Below, in pieces: positions 36,798 to 49,372 of a DNA stretch of 64,000 nt. A program made the translations under genes and the position numbers. Location: assembly GCF_001194135.2 (NCBI RefSeq), contig NC_068986.1, forward strand, positions 43,238,350 to 43,302,349, in the 5' to 3' direction. The notes below the pieces were generated by a model that worked only from the letters and a program-made list of their open reading frames with translations, made no database searches and was not told the DNA's origin. Origin of the DNA: Octopus bimaculoides. Taxonomy: Eukaryota. The first letter of the stretch is position 1, and each line of letters begins with the position of its first letter.

Positions 36798-37052
36798 AGG
36801 CGGTGAGCTGGCAGAATCGTTAGCACGCTGGGCGAAATGTTTAGCAGTATTTTGCCCGCTGCTACGTTCTGAGTTCAAATTCCGCCGAGGTCGATTTTGC
36901 GTTTCATCCTTTCGGGGNNNNNNNNNNNNNNNNNNNNNNNNNNNNNNNNNGGGGGGGGGGGGGGTAAATAAGTACCAGTTACGCACTGGTTTCAATATAA
37001 TTGGCTTAATCCCTTCCCCCAAATTGCAGGCCTTGTGGCAAAATTTGAAACC
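36797..37052 (+). mobile_element. SINE family 1 spanning a 33-N gap
   Basis: AAGGCGGTGAGCTGGCAGAATCGTTAGCAC head and tail GGCCTTGTGGCAAAATTTGAAACC followed by (ATT)n. Confidence 0.9.
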
Positions 37053-37062
37053 ATTATTATTA

Positions 37063-38293
37063 TTTTATTGTCTTTCCACAGCTGCTAACGTTGAAGATGT
37101 ACTACGGTGTCAGCTGTTCACTACCAGTGAACTAAGGTACCACTCATTATTTTTCGACCACCATTCGGAGTATTCGAGCGGTTCCAAGCAGTGCTGTTTT
37201 CTGCAAGGGATCCACTCTTATTTCAGCCCATATGTGTTCCATGTACTTCTCAAGATGTTTACTCACTGTTCCCAGGGCCCCGACAGTTATTGGTACTACT
37301 ACCACCTTTTGCAGCGACCACAACTGCTTAACTTCCCATGCTAACCTGTGATATATATCGACTTTTTTTCTTCCTTATCGCATATTTTATTGTCAGCTGG
37401 GCATGCTATGATCCAGCATCATTTGCTTTCTTTTACAGTTAATACTATGTCTGGTTTCCTATTATCTATCTCATGGTCGTACTGAATCATAAAATCGCAT
37501 AGGATCTTTGCATTATCATTTTCGTTGATGCCTTCGAGTTTATATTCGTGCCACGTTTTTGCTCTCTCAAATTCATACTTGTCGCAAAGTGTCCAATGGA
37601 CAATCGTTGCTATGTTGTCATGACGACTTTTATACTCTTTTGGGGCTAGTGCCGTACATTGACTAGTAATATGCCATACAGTTTCACCATCTTGTCCACA
37701 AATTCTGGACTTATCACTTTCTGATGTGTTGCCTATTCCGTATTTGAAGTAATTGCTTCTTAATGCTTGCTCTTGGGCAGCACAGATAAGAGTTTCCGTT
37801 TCCCATTTTAAATCACTTTTAGTCACCATAAGCATCTTCTTTCTTTGTCTGCCTTATCTGCAACATCTCTATGAAATTTTCCATGCATTCTTTTCCTTAT
37901 CCATCTAATTTCAGTTTCATTCATTCTCAAGTCCATGTACAGTGCTTTATCTTTGCGATCTTCTATCCTACACACGTTTGACCTTTTTACTTTCAATAAT
38001 AGTGGTTCTGTGGTATTTCTTTTACATACAATGCTATACTGTTTTCTTCTGCTCTAATGCTGTGTTCGCATCCAATAAGTCCTCTTCCCTCTTTTTCTTG
38101 GTACATACAGTCTGTTTGTGTCACGTTTTGGGTGGGATATCCCACTTCTAGTCAGCAACTTCCTTGTCTTTCTGATTAAGCTGTTTAGTTCGTCTACTGT
38201 CTATCCGATTACCCCTGCTCCATAACTAAGGAGTGAAACCGCCCATGTGTTGATAACTTCAATCTTATTCTGTCCATTTAATTTCGACTTAAG
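37063..38293 (-). mobile_element. R4/Dong family B, non-inverted 3' part of a 5'-inverted insertion
   Basis: KSDLKWETETLICAAQEQALRSNY, RICGQDGETVWHITSQC, RHDNIA..VHW, RKPDIV, and a 3' UTR ending at (TAA)n. Confidence 0.9.
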
Positions 38294-39590
38294 AAAGCAA
38301 AGATGGTAAGATATGACCAAAGAATGAAGAATAGGTTATTCAGAGTAGATCAGAAGAGCTTCTACAAAGAAATAAATGGAGAGTGTACACATGAAAAATT
38401 GATACCAGATAACATTAAAAGTTAAAGTTTTTGGAGTGACATCTGGAGCAAAGACAAGGAGCACGAGAAAGATGCTGAATGGTTGCAAGAACCTAAAACA
38501 AACAGTAGTCTGTCCACAACAGGCAGAACTGGTCGTCTCAGGGAAGTGAAGGAAACCAGCAAAAGAATGGGCAACTGGAAAGGCCTGGGATCAGATGGAG
38601 TTCAAGGCTACTGGATCAAAAGATTTGGTGAATGTCATGCACGCATAGCTGCACAACTCAATACCTTGTTAAATGCCGACCAAGTAACACTAGAGTGACT
38701 GATAATGGGTAGCATATTGCTCTGCTTGAAAAACATCGTAAAAAGTAATACGGTAGACAATTACAGGCCGGTATCCTGCTTGCCAGTTATGTAGAAATTA
38801 TTTACTGGAATAGTCGAAGAGTCAATGTATGGATATCTGGGAGAAATGAAGTCCTGCCACATGAGCGGAAGAGTTGCAATCGTAAGTGCAGAGGTACCAA
38901 GGATCAGCTCCTGGTAGACAAAGCTGTACTTAGAGACTCCAAGAGGAGGAAAACTAACTTGACCATGTCATGGATCGATCATCGTAAGGCATACGATATG
39001 ATCCCATATTCCTGGATTATGGTATGTATTCCATCGAATGTTGAGCAATTGCTTGGAAAAAGTATGGCGAATTGGAGGACAGAACTGACAGCATATGGAA
39101 GAAGCCTAGGGACGATAAAAATCAGGAGAGGCATCTTTCAAGAGAACTGTCTGTCCCCACTGATCTCTGTACTGTGCATGATTACACTAACGCTGATTCT
39201 GAGGAACGCAAAGGCTGGGTATGTATTCAAGAGCCGCCTACAAAATGTTAACTATTTGTTATTGATAGATGACCTCAAGTTTTATGGTAAAGATGAAGTC
39301 CAAATTTGTTCCCTTTTAGATACGATGTATACTTTCAGTGGTCATATCGGAATGGAGTTCTGACTGAAAAAGTGTGGTGTGTTAGCCTTAAACAGAAACA
39401 AAATTAGATGTGTGGACGGGCTAGCGATACAGTCGGGGGAGGTTATGAAGCAAGTAGAAAAGACGGGCAATAAGTACTTGGGGATGTTAGAAATGGATGA
39501 ATTGATGCAGAAAGAAATGACAGAAAAATTTATGGTGAAGTACTTGCGCAGACTGACACTGATCCTTAAGTCGAAATTAAACGGACGAAT
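38294..39590 (+). mobile_element. R4/Dong family B, inverted upstream part (RT domain)
   Basis: [86 protein letters not shown]. It ends where the minus-strand part begins. Confidence 0.9.
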
Positions 39591-39605
39591 TATTATTACT
39601 ATTAC

Positions 39606-39645
<40 letters not shown>

Positions 39646-39650
39646 GTTGT
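39591..39650. repeat. (TTA)n microsatellite
   Basis: Direct reading. Confidence 0.95.
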
Positions 39651-39857
39651 TCAGTAGTTTTATTTTTATAACGTGCTTTCACTTCACTACCGAGCGCAGC
39701 TCTGTGCGCCTTGGGTATGTGCTTTGGTTTGCTGTGGTGCTCTTATGTTTACTGTATTGAAAGTGTTTTGCGTAGAATGTGTGCAGTACCCAGTAGTGCA
39801 ATTTTCTGTATGTTATATATATTTGTAAGTCCTGGTGTTTTTGTTATGTATTTGTCT
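39651..39857 (-). mobile_element. R4/Dong family C 3' end
   Basis: Reverse complement of 63690-63895 (ITNIYNIQKIALLGTAHILRKTLSI-type terminus plus UTR). Confidence 0.8.
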
Positions 39858-40001
39858 GCTTGCAATCGCTCGAATACTCCGAATGGTGCTCGAAAAGTAA
39901 GGAGTGTTACCTTAGTTCACTGGTAGTGAACAGCTGACACCGTAGAACATCTTCAGCGTTAGAAGCTGTGCAAAGACAATAATAAAATAATAATAATAAT
40001 A

Positions 40002-40043
<42 letters not shown>

Positions 40044-40170
40044 TTATTGTCTTTGCACAGCTTCTAACGCTGAAGATGTTCTACGGTGTCAGCTGTTCAC
40101 TACCAGTGAACTAAGGTAACACTCCTTACTTTTCGAGCACCATTCGGAGTATTCGAGCGATTGCAAGCAG
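39856..40170. repeat. perfect 127-bp inverted repeat around a (TAA)n(TTA)n centre
   Basis: 39856-39982 is the exact reverse complement of 40044-40170, checked by eye. Confidence 0.9.
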
Positions 40171-40462
40171 TGCTGTTTTCTGCAAGTGCTCCACCCTTAT
40201 TGAAGCCCGTTTGTTCCATGTACTTCTCAAGATTATTACTCACTTTTCTCAGGGCTCCGACAGTTATTGGTACTACTACCACCTTTTTCAGTGACCACAA
40301 CTGATTAATCTCTCAAGCTAACCTGTCATATCTATCGACATTTCTTTCTTCCTTATCGCATACCTTGTTGTCAGCTGAGCATACTATATCTATAAACCAA
40401 CATCGTTTGGTTTCTTTCTTAGTTAACACTATGTCTGGTTTCCTATTCTCTATGATGATGCC
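40044..40462 (-). mobile_element. R4/Dong family B 3' fragment flanked by (TTA)n on both sides
   Basis: RLE region (IVIIENRKPDIV...LWSLKKVVVVPITVGAL) and the same 3' UTR as 11646 and 37063. Confidence 0.85.
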
Positions 40463-40517
<55 letters not shown>

Positions 40518-40536
40518 CATTATTATTATTATTATT

Positions 40537-40745
40537 AAAGAGGCGAGCTGGCAAGATCGTTAGCATGCTGGACGAAATGCTTAGCGGTACTTCGCTTGTA
40601 ATTAATTTCTTAGTTCAAATTCCGCCAAGGTCGACTTTGCCTTTCATCCTTTCGGGGTTGATAAATTAAGTACCAGTAATCTACAATTCCCCTCTCATTC
40701 CTCCCCGCAAATTTCAGGTCTTGTGCCTTCAGTAGAAAGGATTAT
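40537..40745 (+). mobile_element. SINE family 1 embedded in (TTA)n
   Basis: GAGGCGAGCTGGCAAGATCGTTAGCATG head and GTCGACTTTGCCTTTCATCCTTTCGGGG core, with TTA tracts at 40463-40536 and 40750-40810. Confidence 0.9.
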
Positions 40746-40759
40746 GTTTATGATTATTA

Positions 40760-40808
<49 letters not shown>

Positions 40809-41689
40809 TGTTGTTGCCCTCATCAGCCAGTAACTATATGTTCCATGGTTAATCATGATAATAGCAACAGCACCAGTTGTAAAAGTAATGATAAAGAAAT
40901 ACTATTATAATGGCCTTTAACTCCCCTTAGTTAATCCTTTATTTGCTTGATTGTGTTTTCCGTCATCAGGCTGTTCAAATAGAAATGAATCCCTTCGTAT
41001 TGNNNNNNNNNNNNNNNNNNNNNNNNNNNNNNNNNNNNNNNNNNNNNNNNNNNNNNNNNNNNNNNNNNNNNNNNNNNNNNNNNNNNNNNNNNNNNNNNNN
41101 NNNNNNNNNNNNNNNNNNNNNNNNNNNNNNNNNNNNNNNNNNNNNNNNNNNNNNNNNNNNNNNNNNNNNNNNNNNNNNNNNNNNNNNNNNNNNNNNNNNN
41201 NNNNNNNNNNNNATATATATTGTAAATTTTGACAAACAAATCATTACTGTGACCTAGCTAGTTCAGATATTGTTTTCTTCCTTAGATCTCACGGGACGAA
41301 GCAGAGAACAAATGCGTTTTTACAAAGAAATACAGGCAAAACAAATTTATGGAACGAAAATGAAAGTGAAGCAAGAGAGAAGAGAAGGCATGTTAATGTT
41401 GAAGGTGAAAAAGGAATAATAATAAAATTTATTATTATTATCATTATTATTATTATTGTTGTTGCTGTTGTTGCTATTGGTGTTGTTGTGTATTTAAAAA
41501 GAGTACGTTTTTTCGAAGCGCGTGAGATATTGTTGATTTTCTTGGTTTTGAATATGTCATTTGTATTTTTGTTGTATAATCTCGTTAATAAGTCAACTAG
41601 TATCCCCTGAGGCCATTTGGTTTTGTTAAATTATCGGTGTAGAGTCGGAATTTCTGTATTTAGTTTAGTAGAAATCTACTCATATTTTT

Positions 41690-42300
41690 AAAATGGTGTC
41701 CGATTTTTCGGTCAATTGCCAGGGGGTGAAACCAGAGAGTGGAACGTTTGTTTTAATACCGATATACCACCTTCCGAACAAAATATCACGTCCCCCACCA
41801 TCACTACTAATGCCGACCGAAACAAGAGCAAAAACAGCAGCAGCAACGTTACCAGGCAATTGAAAAATAAACTACAGCCACAAGGAAATTGAAAACAACA
41901 ATAACAACTAAAGCAACAAATTGAGACCGTAGACAACAAAATAAAAAACCAAAATCAAACATCCCATTCAATACACCTGCACGTTCCACCTTCAACGCCG
42001 CCAAAACCATTAAAACATTTTAAAAATCATAAAAATTAAAGGAATTCGTATAACTAGTATAAATGGTTTCGTCGACATGGACCGCCAAATGTTGGATGTA
42101 AGCGAAACGTTCAATATTCCAGGATGAACACAACAACAAACCGAATACTAAACTCAAAACTGTTATAAACAAACCGAATGCCAACCTCAGAACAGTTATA
42201 AATATATCTTTAGCTAGAAAATGTAGAAAGATAGGACAAACGACACAGTGACAGATTGAAAAGTACCTCAGAACCCTCTGGAATTCCAAATAATACGCAG
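41690..42300 (+). mobile_element. decayed L1-type ORF1 tail and endonuclease start
   Basis: Low-complexity CAA/CAG linker like 13690-13900, then KIKGIRITSINGF, resembling an APE N-terminus. Confidence 0.35.
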
Positions 42301-42316
42301 CCAGAGGAGAAAATGT

Positions 42317-42392
42317 ATGCCCGTGGGCATATGGCCCAGTGATTAAGAACCCGGATTACTAACCCCAAGTTCGATTCCAGGCAGTGACCTTA
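42317..42392 (+). mobile_element. short tRNA-like SINE head
   Basis: GGGCATATGGCCCAGTGATTAAG...GTTCGATTCCAGGC followed by (TAA)(GAA) repeats. Confidence 0.6.
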
Positions 42393-42420
42393 ATAATAAT
42401 AAGAAGAAGAAGAAGAAGAA

Positions 42421-43949
42421 TAGAACAGGGCTACAAAATTGACAACAGAAAAATAAGCCATCTATTTTATATGGATGATTTAAAACTATATGGCAAAGAT
42501 GATGAAGAGCTTGAAGGACTACGACATACTGTGAAAGGATTCAGTGATGATATCGGGATGAAGTTTGGCCTTTAAAAGTGTGCCGAAGCCACTTTTAAGA
42601 AAGGGAAACTGGTAAAGTCAAGTTCAATAGAATTAGATGTCGAAACAGTTACAATGGAAATTGAGCAGGAACAAACCTATAAATACCTAGGAATAAATGA
42701 AGGCTCTGGTATCCAGCATGCAAGCATGAAAGAAAAGGTTAGGGAGGAATGTTATAGAATAGTTCGAGCAGTTCTGAAGTCTGAGCTGAATGCATATAAT
42801 AAGGTGTTAGCCATAAATTCCTTAGAAGTCCCAGTTGTTCATTATAGCTTCAATGTGCTTTACTGGAATGCCAGTGAAATAAGGAAAATTGATAGAAAAA
42901 TCCGCAAGTTACTGACTTGTAATAAGATGCACAATCCAAAGGCAGACGTGGATCGTCTTTACCTTCCCAGAGCTCGAAGAGGTCGAGGCTTGATCCAGCT
43001 TGAACTTACGTATAAAACGACCACAATCGGACTGGCCAAATATCTTGAAACAACCAACGATTGGATGCTGAAACTTGTTGAAAAACATGAAAGACCGAAA
43101 ACACTTCACTCTATTCTGAAAGAGAGCAAAATATTCGCTACTGATCTCTTAGATACCCACCACATTGATCAGGTTGAAGGATATGCCCCAACTGCTACTG
43201 CAAAGAAAATAAAATTAATTGCAAAGACAAAATCACATGTAAAATTAGCTAGCAGATGGGAACAGAAACCTCTGCATGACAAGTATGTGGCTCGTAGCAA
43301 ACAAGCTGATGTCGACCAGAAACACACGCATCAATGGTTACGAAGCTCAGGGCTAAAAGCAGAGAGTGAAGGTTTCATATTAGTTGCTCAAGATCAATGC
43401 TTATTAACCCGGAACTACCAAGCAAATGTGATAAAAAAAATGGAGCTGACCCAAAATGCCGATTCTGTAATGATGAGATTGAAACTATAGACCACCTAAT
43501 CTCAGGGTGTAGAATCTTAGCACCTGTAGAATATAAAGCAAGACATGACAGAGTCGGCCAGTATTTACACTGGACAATATGTCGGCATTATAAAATCAAA
43601 ACCGCTGACAAATGGTATAAACACCATCCTGAAGCTGTAACTGGGTGAGAAAATGTGTCGATTCTCTGGGACTTCTCCGTACATACCGACAAAACTATAA
43701 AAGCTAATAAACCGGATATTTTCATAAAAGATCAGACAAAGAAGATGTGTTTATTAATTGACATGAGTATTCCTTGCGATCACAATATANNNNNNNNNNT
43801 TTTTTTTTTTTTTTTGTTAAATACATATTTTACCTGTGAATTTGCGTGTGTAAACTGGGAATGCATACAATGAGCTTCTCTGCCCTAGGTGTTCAGAAAA
43901 CACTCGGCGAGAAATGGAAGAAAATGAAGAAAGAAGAAAAAAAGACAAC

Positions 43950-43950
<1 letters not shown>
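42421..43950 (+). mobile_element. R4/Dong family A-like, RT C-terminus to RLE, broken by a 10-N gap, 3' end at (TAA)n
   Basis: KISHLFYMDDLKLYGK, TYKYLGI, RLYLPRARRGRGLIQL, WLRSSGLKAESEGFILVAQDQ, CRFCNDEIETIDHLISGC, RHDRVGQYLHW, KANKPDI...IDMSIP. The 278-codon ORF 42654-43490 is the longest coding stretch in the window. Confidence 0.9.
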
Positions 43951-43996
<46 letters not shown>

Positions 43997-43997
<1 letters not shown>

Positions 43998-44172
43998 TCG
44001 AAAACTACCTTCGGAATGAGAACCCAAATTCGAAATTCCCCAAGTCACCTGATGAAGATCGGAGGGTATATCAGCCGAAACGTTGTGCTAAGAACAAACA
44101 AGATGGGGACAAATATCCGTCAAATGTAAATAATGTACGTAATTCTCCATCTCGTAAATATAGAACTGTATT
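43997..44172 (+). mobile_element. short Penelope-pLTR-like element carrying a hammerhead motif
   Basis: Starts at the end of (TAA)n, contains CTGATGA...CGAAACGTT and a downstream AGATGGGGA/TCTCCATCT inverted repeat. Confidence 0.55.
44043..44090 (+). ncRNA. minimal type I hammerhead ribozyme-like motif
   Basis: Exact core CTGATGA (44049-55) and GAAAC (44077-81), palindromic ACGT stem III, GUU triplet (44082-84), partial stem I AGTCAC/GTGCTA, and a decayed stem II. Confidence 0.55.
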
Positions 44173-44179
44173 AACAAAG

Positions 44180-45680
44180 CAAGCAGTAAACAAGTAGTAG
44201 CAACACCAACAGCGACAGGCGGCCACAACAACGTCATTGACAGCAAGGATAAAACTGCCATGTCAGCAGTAGTAGCAACAGTGACTGAAGCCCCTGCAGT
44301 GACAACAGTGGAAGCGACAGCAAATGAAACAACCGAAGCACCTGCAACAACAACAGCAACTGGAAACCCCAAACAACAACAACACACAACCTCAAATTAG
44401 CATCAAATATTTCAGCAATAGAACACATCAAACCTTCATGCGACATGCCCCTCCTAGACTCGCACTACACACACATCATGTAGGGAAGATAACGGGGAAG
44501 TAACCAAATAGAAAACAGTTTTATAAGTACAAAAAATAAAAAATAAATAAAAAATACGCCAAACAAACGAACAAATGGAGGAGGTGCTTTTGGGCAACGA
44601 TCGACCAACACCTCTCCAACAGCAGCTACACCAACAGAATTAGGATCATGATCTCCATCATTGCCACCAACTCTATCTCAGGTAGCACCATCAAAAGCAA
44701 AACAACACCAACAGTGAGCAAATTCCCAACAAGAGCAATAAGAAATCACAACCTACGCCGCTATAAACATATAATAAAAAAACTAATATGCCGCATTTAC
44801 CAAAATGAAATATCATACACGATAACTACATCACATGAACCAATAACATTCCACCAGAAATAAGTTTCATTCAAATTTCATAACACATAATTTTAAACAA
44901 TAAAAAATGAGAGACATTAGGTTTTATATAAACAAAAGAATATATAAAGAACTGCTCATGAAAATACTCACAGCCAGCATGAAGAACAAAACACTGATCC
45001 CTCCATAAGTATAAGATAAGTGATCCATTTCCTCATTCCCTCTTGTCAAACATGGCTGTGCTCAAAATAGGCTAGATTGCTCTTGCAGCGATATCTGCGC
45101 GAAGGTTTGTGTGAGTAGCCACTTATGAGAACCATTCAGTGTCACGCGCTCAATACGTCGGATTGTTTCATTTTCTCCCTTCAGTATATACCGACTCCTT
45201 GACCACCGTTGTAAAAACCAGAAACTTTGAGGAATATCCTGCGCGAACTAGAATGCAGATAATTTGTATCGGCAAACGTGACAGACATCATCAAAGTAGG
45301 ACCACTAAGCATATCAGAGTAAACATGAGACGGTGACAGGGTTTAAAGTTGACCAAAGAGGACTGTAGACCCGCAGTTAGACACCACCCAACTCCCCCTG
45401 GACAGGTTGGTCCATATTTCAACACATGGTTAAATTGTTCTTTGTTCACTTGGGTAAGAACAGATACAAGGAGGGGAATGTCACCGAGTAATGAACCTAG
45501 AGAAAACTATTTCTGAAATATAGGGCAGAAGCGCTGAAGTCTAAGTCACCTTCGTCATTTATTACCGTCTAGCCGTCGTGACTTGCCCTACTTCACGTCT
45601 GATCAAGATTTAGCGTCTACTCACCCGCTTTTTACGAAAGAGACGCGTTCCACTGGTACACAATAGTTTGGTTGGTTCAT
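44180..45680 (+). mobile_element. second L1/Tx1 copy: ORF1 linker and spacer fused to the RT region by an internal deletion
   Basis: ATATAAACAAAAGAATATATAAAGAACTGCTCATG (about 44927) matches about 15299 in the first copy. From about 45050 there are RT motifs (EPFSVTRSIRR..., SANVTDII, LAVVTCPTSRLIKI). Confidence 0.7.
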
Positions 45681-46411
45681 AGCAGAAACTACTACGCTAG
45701 ATTTTTTTAAGTCTCATTATCGTGTAAATGGATTCTCAATACAAAATGCGATATTTCTGTTTCACAATAGAATAGTGTTAAGGAAATTAAACAAAACTGC
45801 AGAGTTTAATAGAGGCCATTACAAAACAATCTAGAGGATTATTTAACAGTAGTAACATAATGTAAATACTTTCCTGTTATAATAATATGCAGAGTTAGAA
45901 AAGAACACAGGCGTATGGATATCGAAATGAGAGGAGAAAGAACAAAAGAAGGACACTTGTTGAAGGAGAAAAGGTCAATAGCAATAATGAAGAAAATAAT
46001 GCAAACAGAACAATTTTATGTATATCAAAAATGAGAAACGTTTGTGATACACGAATAAGAATCTTCTAAATACAGATTTAAAAAATTTGTTGAAAGTAAA
46101 AATGTTGAGCAAATCAAAATATATTAATACAGAAATGAAAAAATATGAACATAAAATAAGAGAGAAAAAAAGTTTTATACTACTCTAAATCAAGAAACGC
46201 CATTTAAAGATTTGAATTATACAATTCTAAAAACATTTTCTCACATTTTATTTACCATTATAAACCTGGTTTGTTATTCGCTTTTATTTTATTCATTGTC
46301 ATTTCATTTTTGAAATGTACTTTTAGAATGGCAAACTTGAAGTTGAGATCTGAACAATCATGCCGTATTATGTGGTTTTGATTGATGCCATTTCAATATG
46401 AACACGTTGCC

Positions 46412-46560
46412 AGAAGGCGGTAGATTAGTGAATTTGTTATAGAGGCAGATAAAATGTCTCCTAATATTAAATTTACGTCTCTTAGCATTCTGAGATAATG
46501 AACTTGTAAGGGTCGATTATACCATCATTCATTGCAAATTAATAAAATATGTACCAGTGA
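46412..46560 (+). mobile_element. SINE family 1, strongly decayed
   Basis: AGAAGGCGGTAGATTAGTGAATTTGTTA head and CATTCTGAG...GGGTCGATT remnants. Confidence 0.45.
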
Positions 46561-48063
46561 AGGACTGGTATTGATATAAATGGCTAAACCTCTCACATAA
46601 AAGTCTGGCAGTGTATCTATGTTAGAAATTAATATATTCTTGTTGTCAGAATCTTCAAATTATTACAATAAACTATTCTCTCCTCACTGAAAACATAAAC
46701 TTTGTATTTACAAATTCGACCTTACCTGAAGAAGGATATTACTTACTTTCTCTCATTTGGCAAAAATAATGTCTACTATGGTGTCACAGTTGCGGAAGCA
46801 CTAATCTGTCTCATATGTTCCGAATTTTTGTCAGCAGACTTTATTATTATCTAAAGATTGATAAAGTGTCAAATATGTTATTACGATGGCTGAATGGATT
46901 ATAAAGACTTCTTTCTCCAACTCTATATTTCGTATCATGCAATTGTTGAGAGAGTATTATTTTAACTGCAAAATCCGAAGCTACACAAGTTGAATGGATT
47001 TCTAAGCACCATTTATATGACCGACAAAGCCCGCGCTTTCAGCAACGCCTACAGCAGAATACATCCTGTTAGAATTACAAATATTGTGTCAGCGTACAAT
47101 AACGTGTTTAATTCTATAGGATGGACAATGTTTTGAAATGGTTAAGCAAAGTTCATTTGAGTTATATATAATGTATAGAAACGGAAATTTCAGTGACATC
47201 CAAGCAAATTAGTGCATTTTGAATTTATAATACAGCATAGCAAGAGTAATTATCCGCAGTGTCTATTTTTAAAAACTATGATAATGTTTGACTTACAATT
47301 TTACAATATGATTCTCTTGTCAGTACACTTGTAAGCAAAGTGTTCGCTAATACAATCTAATTGGACCGAAACATGTCTGGAACATTGGGCGTAATTGTTG
47401 AGGGACTGAATTTTCTTTATCCCATATTGATTTCTTCTACACGAATAACGTGCAGATGTTAAATTATCGAGGGTAACAACTCTAACTTGACAACATAACA
47501 CTAACTTTACAACATAGCATTTGTAAATTTTAAAATGACGTTCGTCTACCATTATTAAAATCTAACGTCCATTATTTTAATTCGAAACAAATATATCTAA
47601 AGTAAAACCGATTTGCAATAATTTAATTTTTTTTTTTCGCTGTGTCGTGCGATTTTCTCGCAAAAGTTACTCGTTAACGATTCTTGAAAGGAGATCCCAT
47701 TTTATTTTGCACCAGAGTTTTTAATGATTTGTAACTTAAAGGAGTGCAGTCAAGTTCACTTTAACGCAAATGCATGACAATTTATTCTGTCAGAACTAAA
47801 ATAATGTTGAATAAATTTGTCTTCGGCGACATTCCCCCTCATAATATAAGACGTTATAAGTAAATATTATAAGACCTTTAATGCAGAAACACACTTGTAT
47901 GTTGCTCTACTACTATCCTATTATAAGTTTTTTCCCTCGTTAGAGTGATAGGGATGCGGCAACATGCATTCTCCCTCTTCTATTATGACATTTCAAAATG
48001 TGAGTGTCAATATAGTGCTTTACCTATCATATTGACATAACAATTAGCAACATTCGTACTTCG

Positions 48064-48305
48064 TAAGACGGCGAGTTGGCAGACACGTTAGCATGCCGGG
48101 CGAAATGCTTAGCGTTATTTCGTCTGCCTTTACGTTCTGAGTTCAAATTCTGCCGAGGTCAACATATAGTCTGTTTTATATATATATATATATATATATA
48201 TGATCGATAAATTCAGTACCAGTTGCGTACTGCAGTCGATCTAATTGACTAGCCTCCATCCACAAACATCTCGGGCTTTGTGCCTAGAGTAGAAAAGTAT
48301 ATTAT
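48064..48305 (+). mobile_element. SINE family 1 with (TA)n replacing part of the core
   Basis: AAGACGGCGAGTTGGCAGACACGTTAGCATG...GAGTTCAAATTCTGCCGAGGTC, a (TA)n tract, then GATAAATTCAGTACCAG. Confidence 0.85.
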
Positions 48306-49064
48306 TAATTCATGTTTTTTAATCATATAGCTCAATCAGTCAAATGATACCTGGAAATACAAGGTATTAAGATTATAAGTGTAATAGACGTGTAATATTT
48401 ACCGTTCATATATCATTTCTTATTTATCATTTATTTTCACGTCACGACGAGTCAAATGATATATCCTTTTATTGGATGGAGTCGATGTAATCAGACCAAG
48501 TAATTGAATTGCATTTAATTATAGGCTACAAAGTGCAGAATATATTGTTCACCGCACCAGGATCTAAACTCAGATTGCAAAAGTCCGTAATGAAACAATG
48601 CAAAGCATTTTATCTGATGTTCTAGCACATATGTCAATATGCCAATTGGACGGTCTCTCAATATGTGTGTGTATGTGTGTGTGTGTAAGTATTTATATCT
48701 GTGTGTGTACGCGCACGCGAGTACTGAGAAGCATGATATATAACCAAAAATTAGGAAGTCAGTACTATGTTGTATTCCAGTGTTCACCGTGATTAGAGAA
48801 AGGTTCCTGTGTGAAACATAAAACTCGAAGTGGTAATAGTGAAAATTCATTAAAAATATATTTGGCATTTTAAGCGTAATAATACATCCACGCATTTCAG
48901 TATATTAAACGACAAGATTTCACAATCGTTTGGTGAAATTATATAACCTTATCGATTTTCCCCAAACGATAATTTAATCTTCACACCTGATTTACCGAAA
49001 CGCGTATATGTTTTGTAAAGCTTAGAATACCAAATGCGTTTTTCTCTATTTTGTCAGCTAGCTA

Positions 49065-49372
<308 letters not shown>

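Noticed and set aside
36951-36964. Poly-G run as a G-quadruplex
   Set aside because: It adjoins a gap inside a SINE and is probably a sequencing or assembly artefact.
40931-41257. ORFs spanning the 210-N gap (and those across the other gaps)
   Set aside because: Open only because Ns are translated as X.
47944-47999. Plus-strand exon candidate (VIGMRQHAFSLFYYDISK)
   Set aside because: Good splice signals, but no homology or partner. Expected by chance in a window this size.
48986-49006. CCTGA...CGAAACGCGTA hammerhead-like fragment
   Set aside because: The CUGANGA box is incomplete, there is no room for stem II and no stem I pairing.
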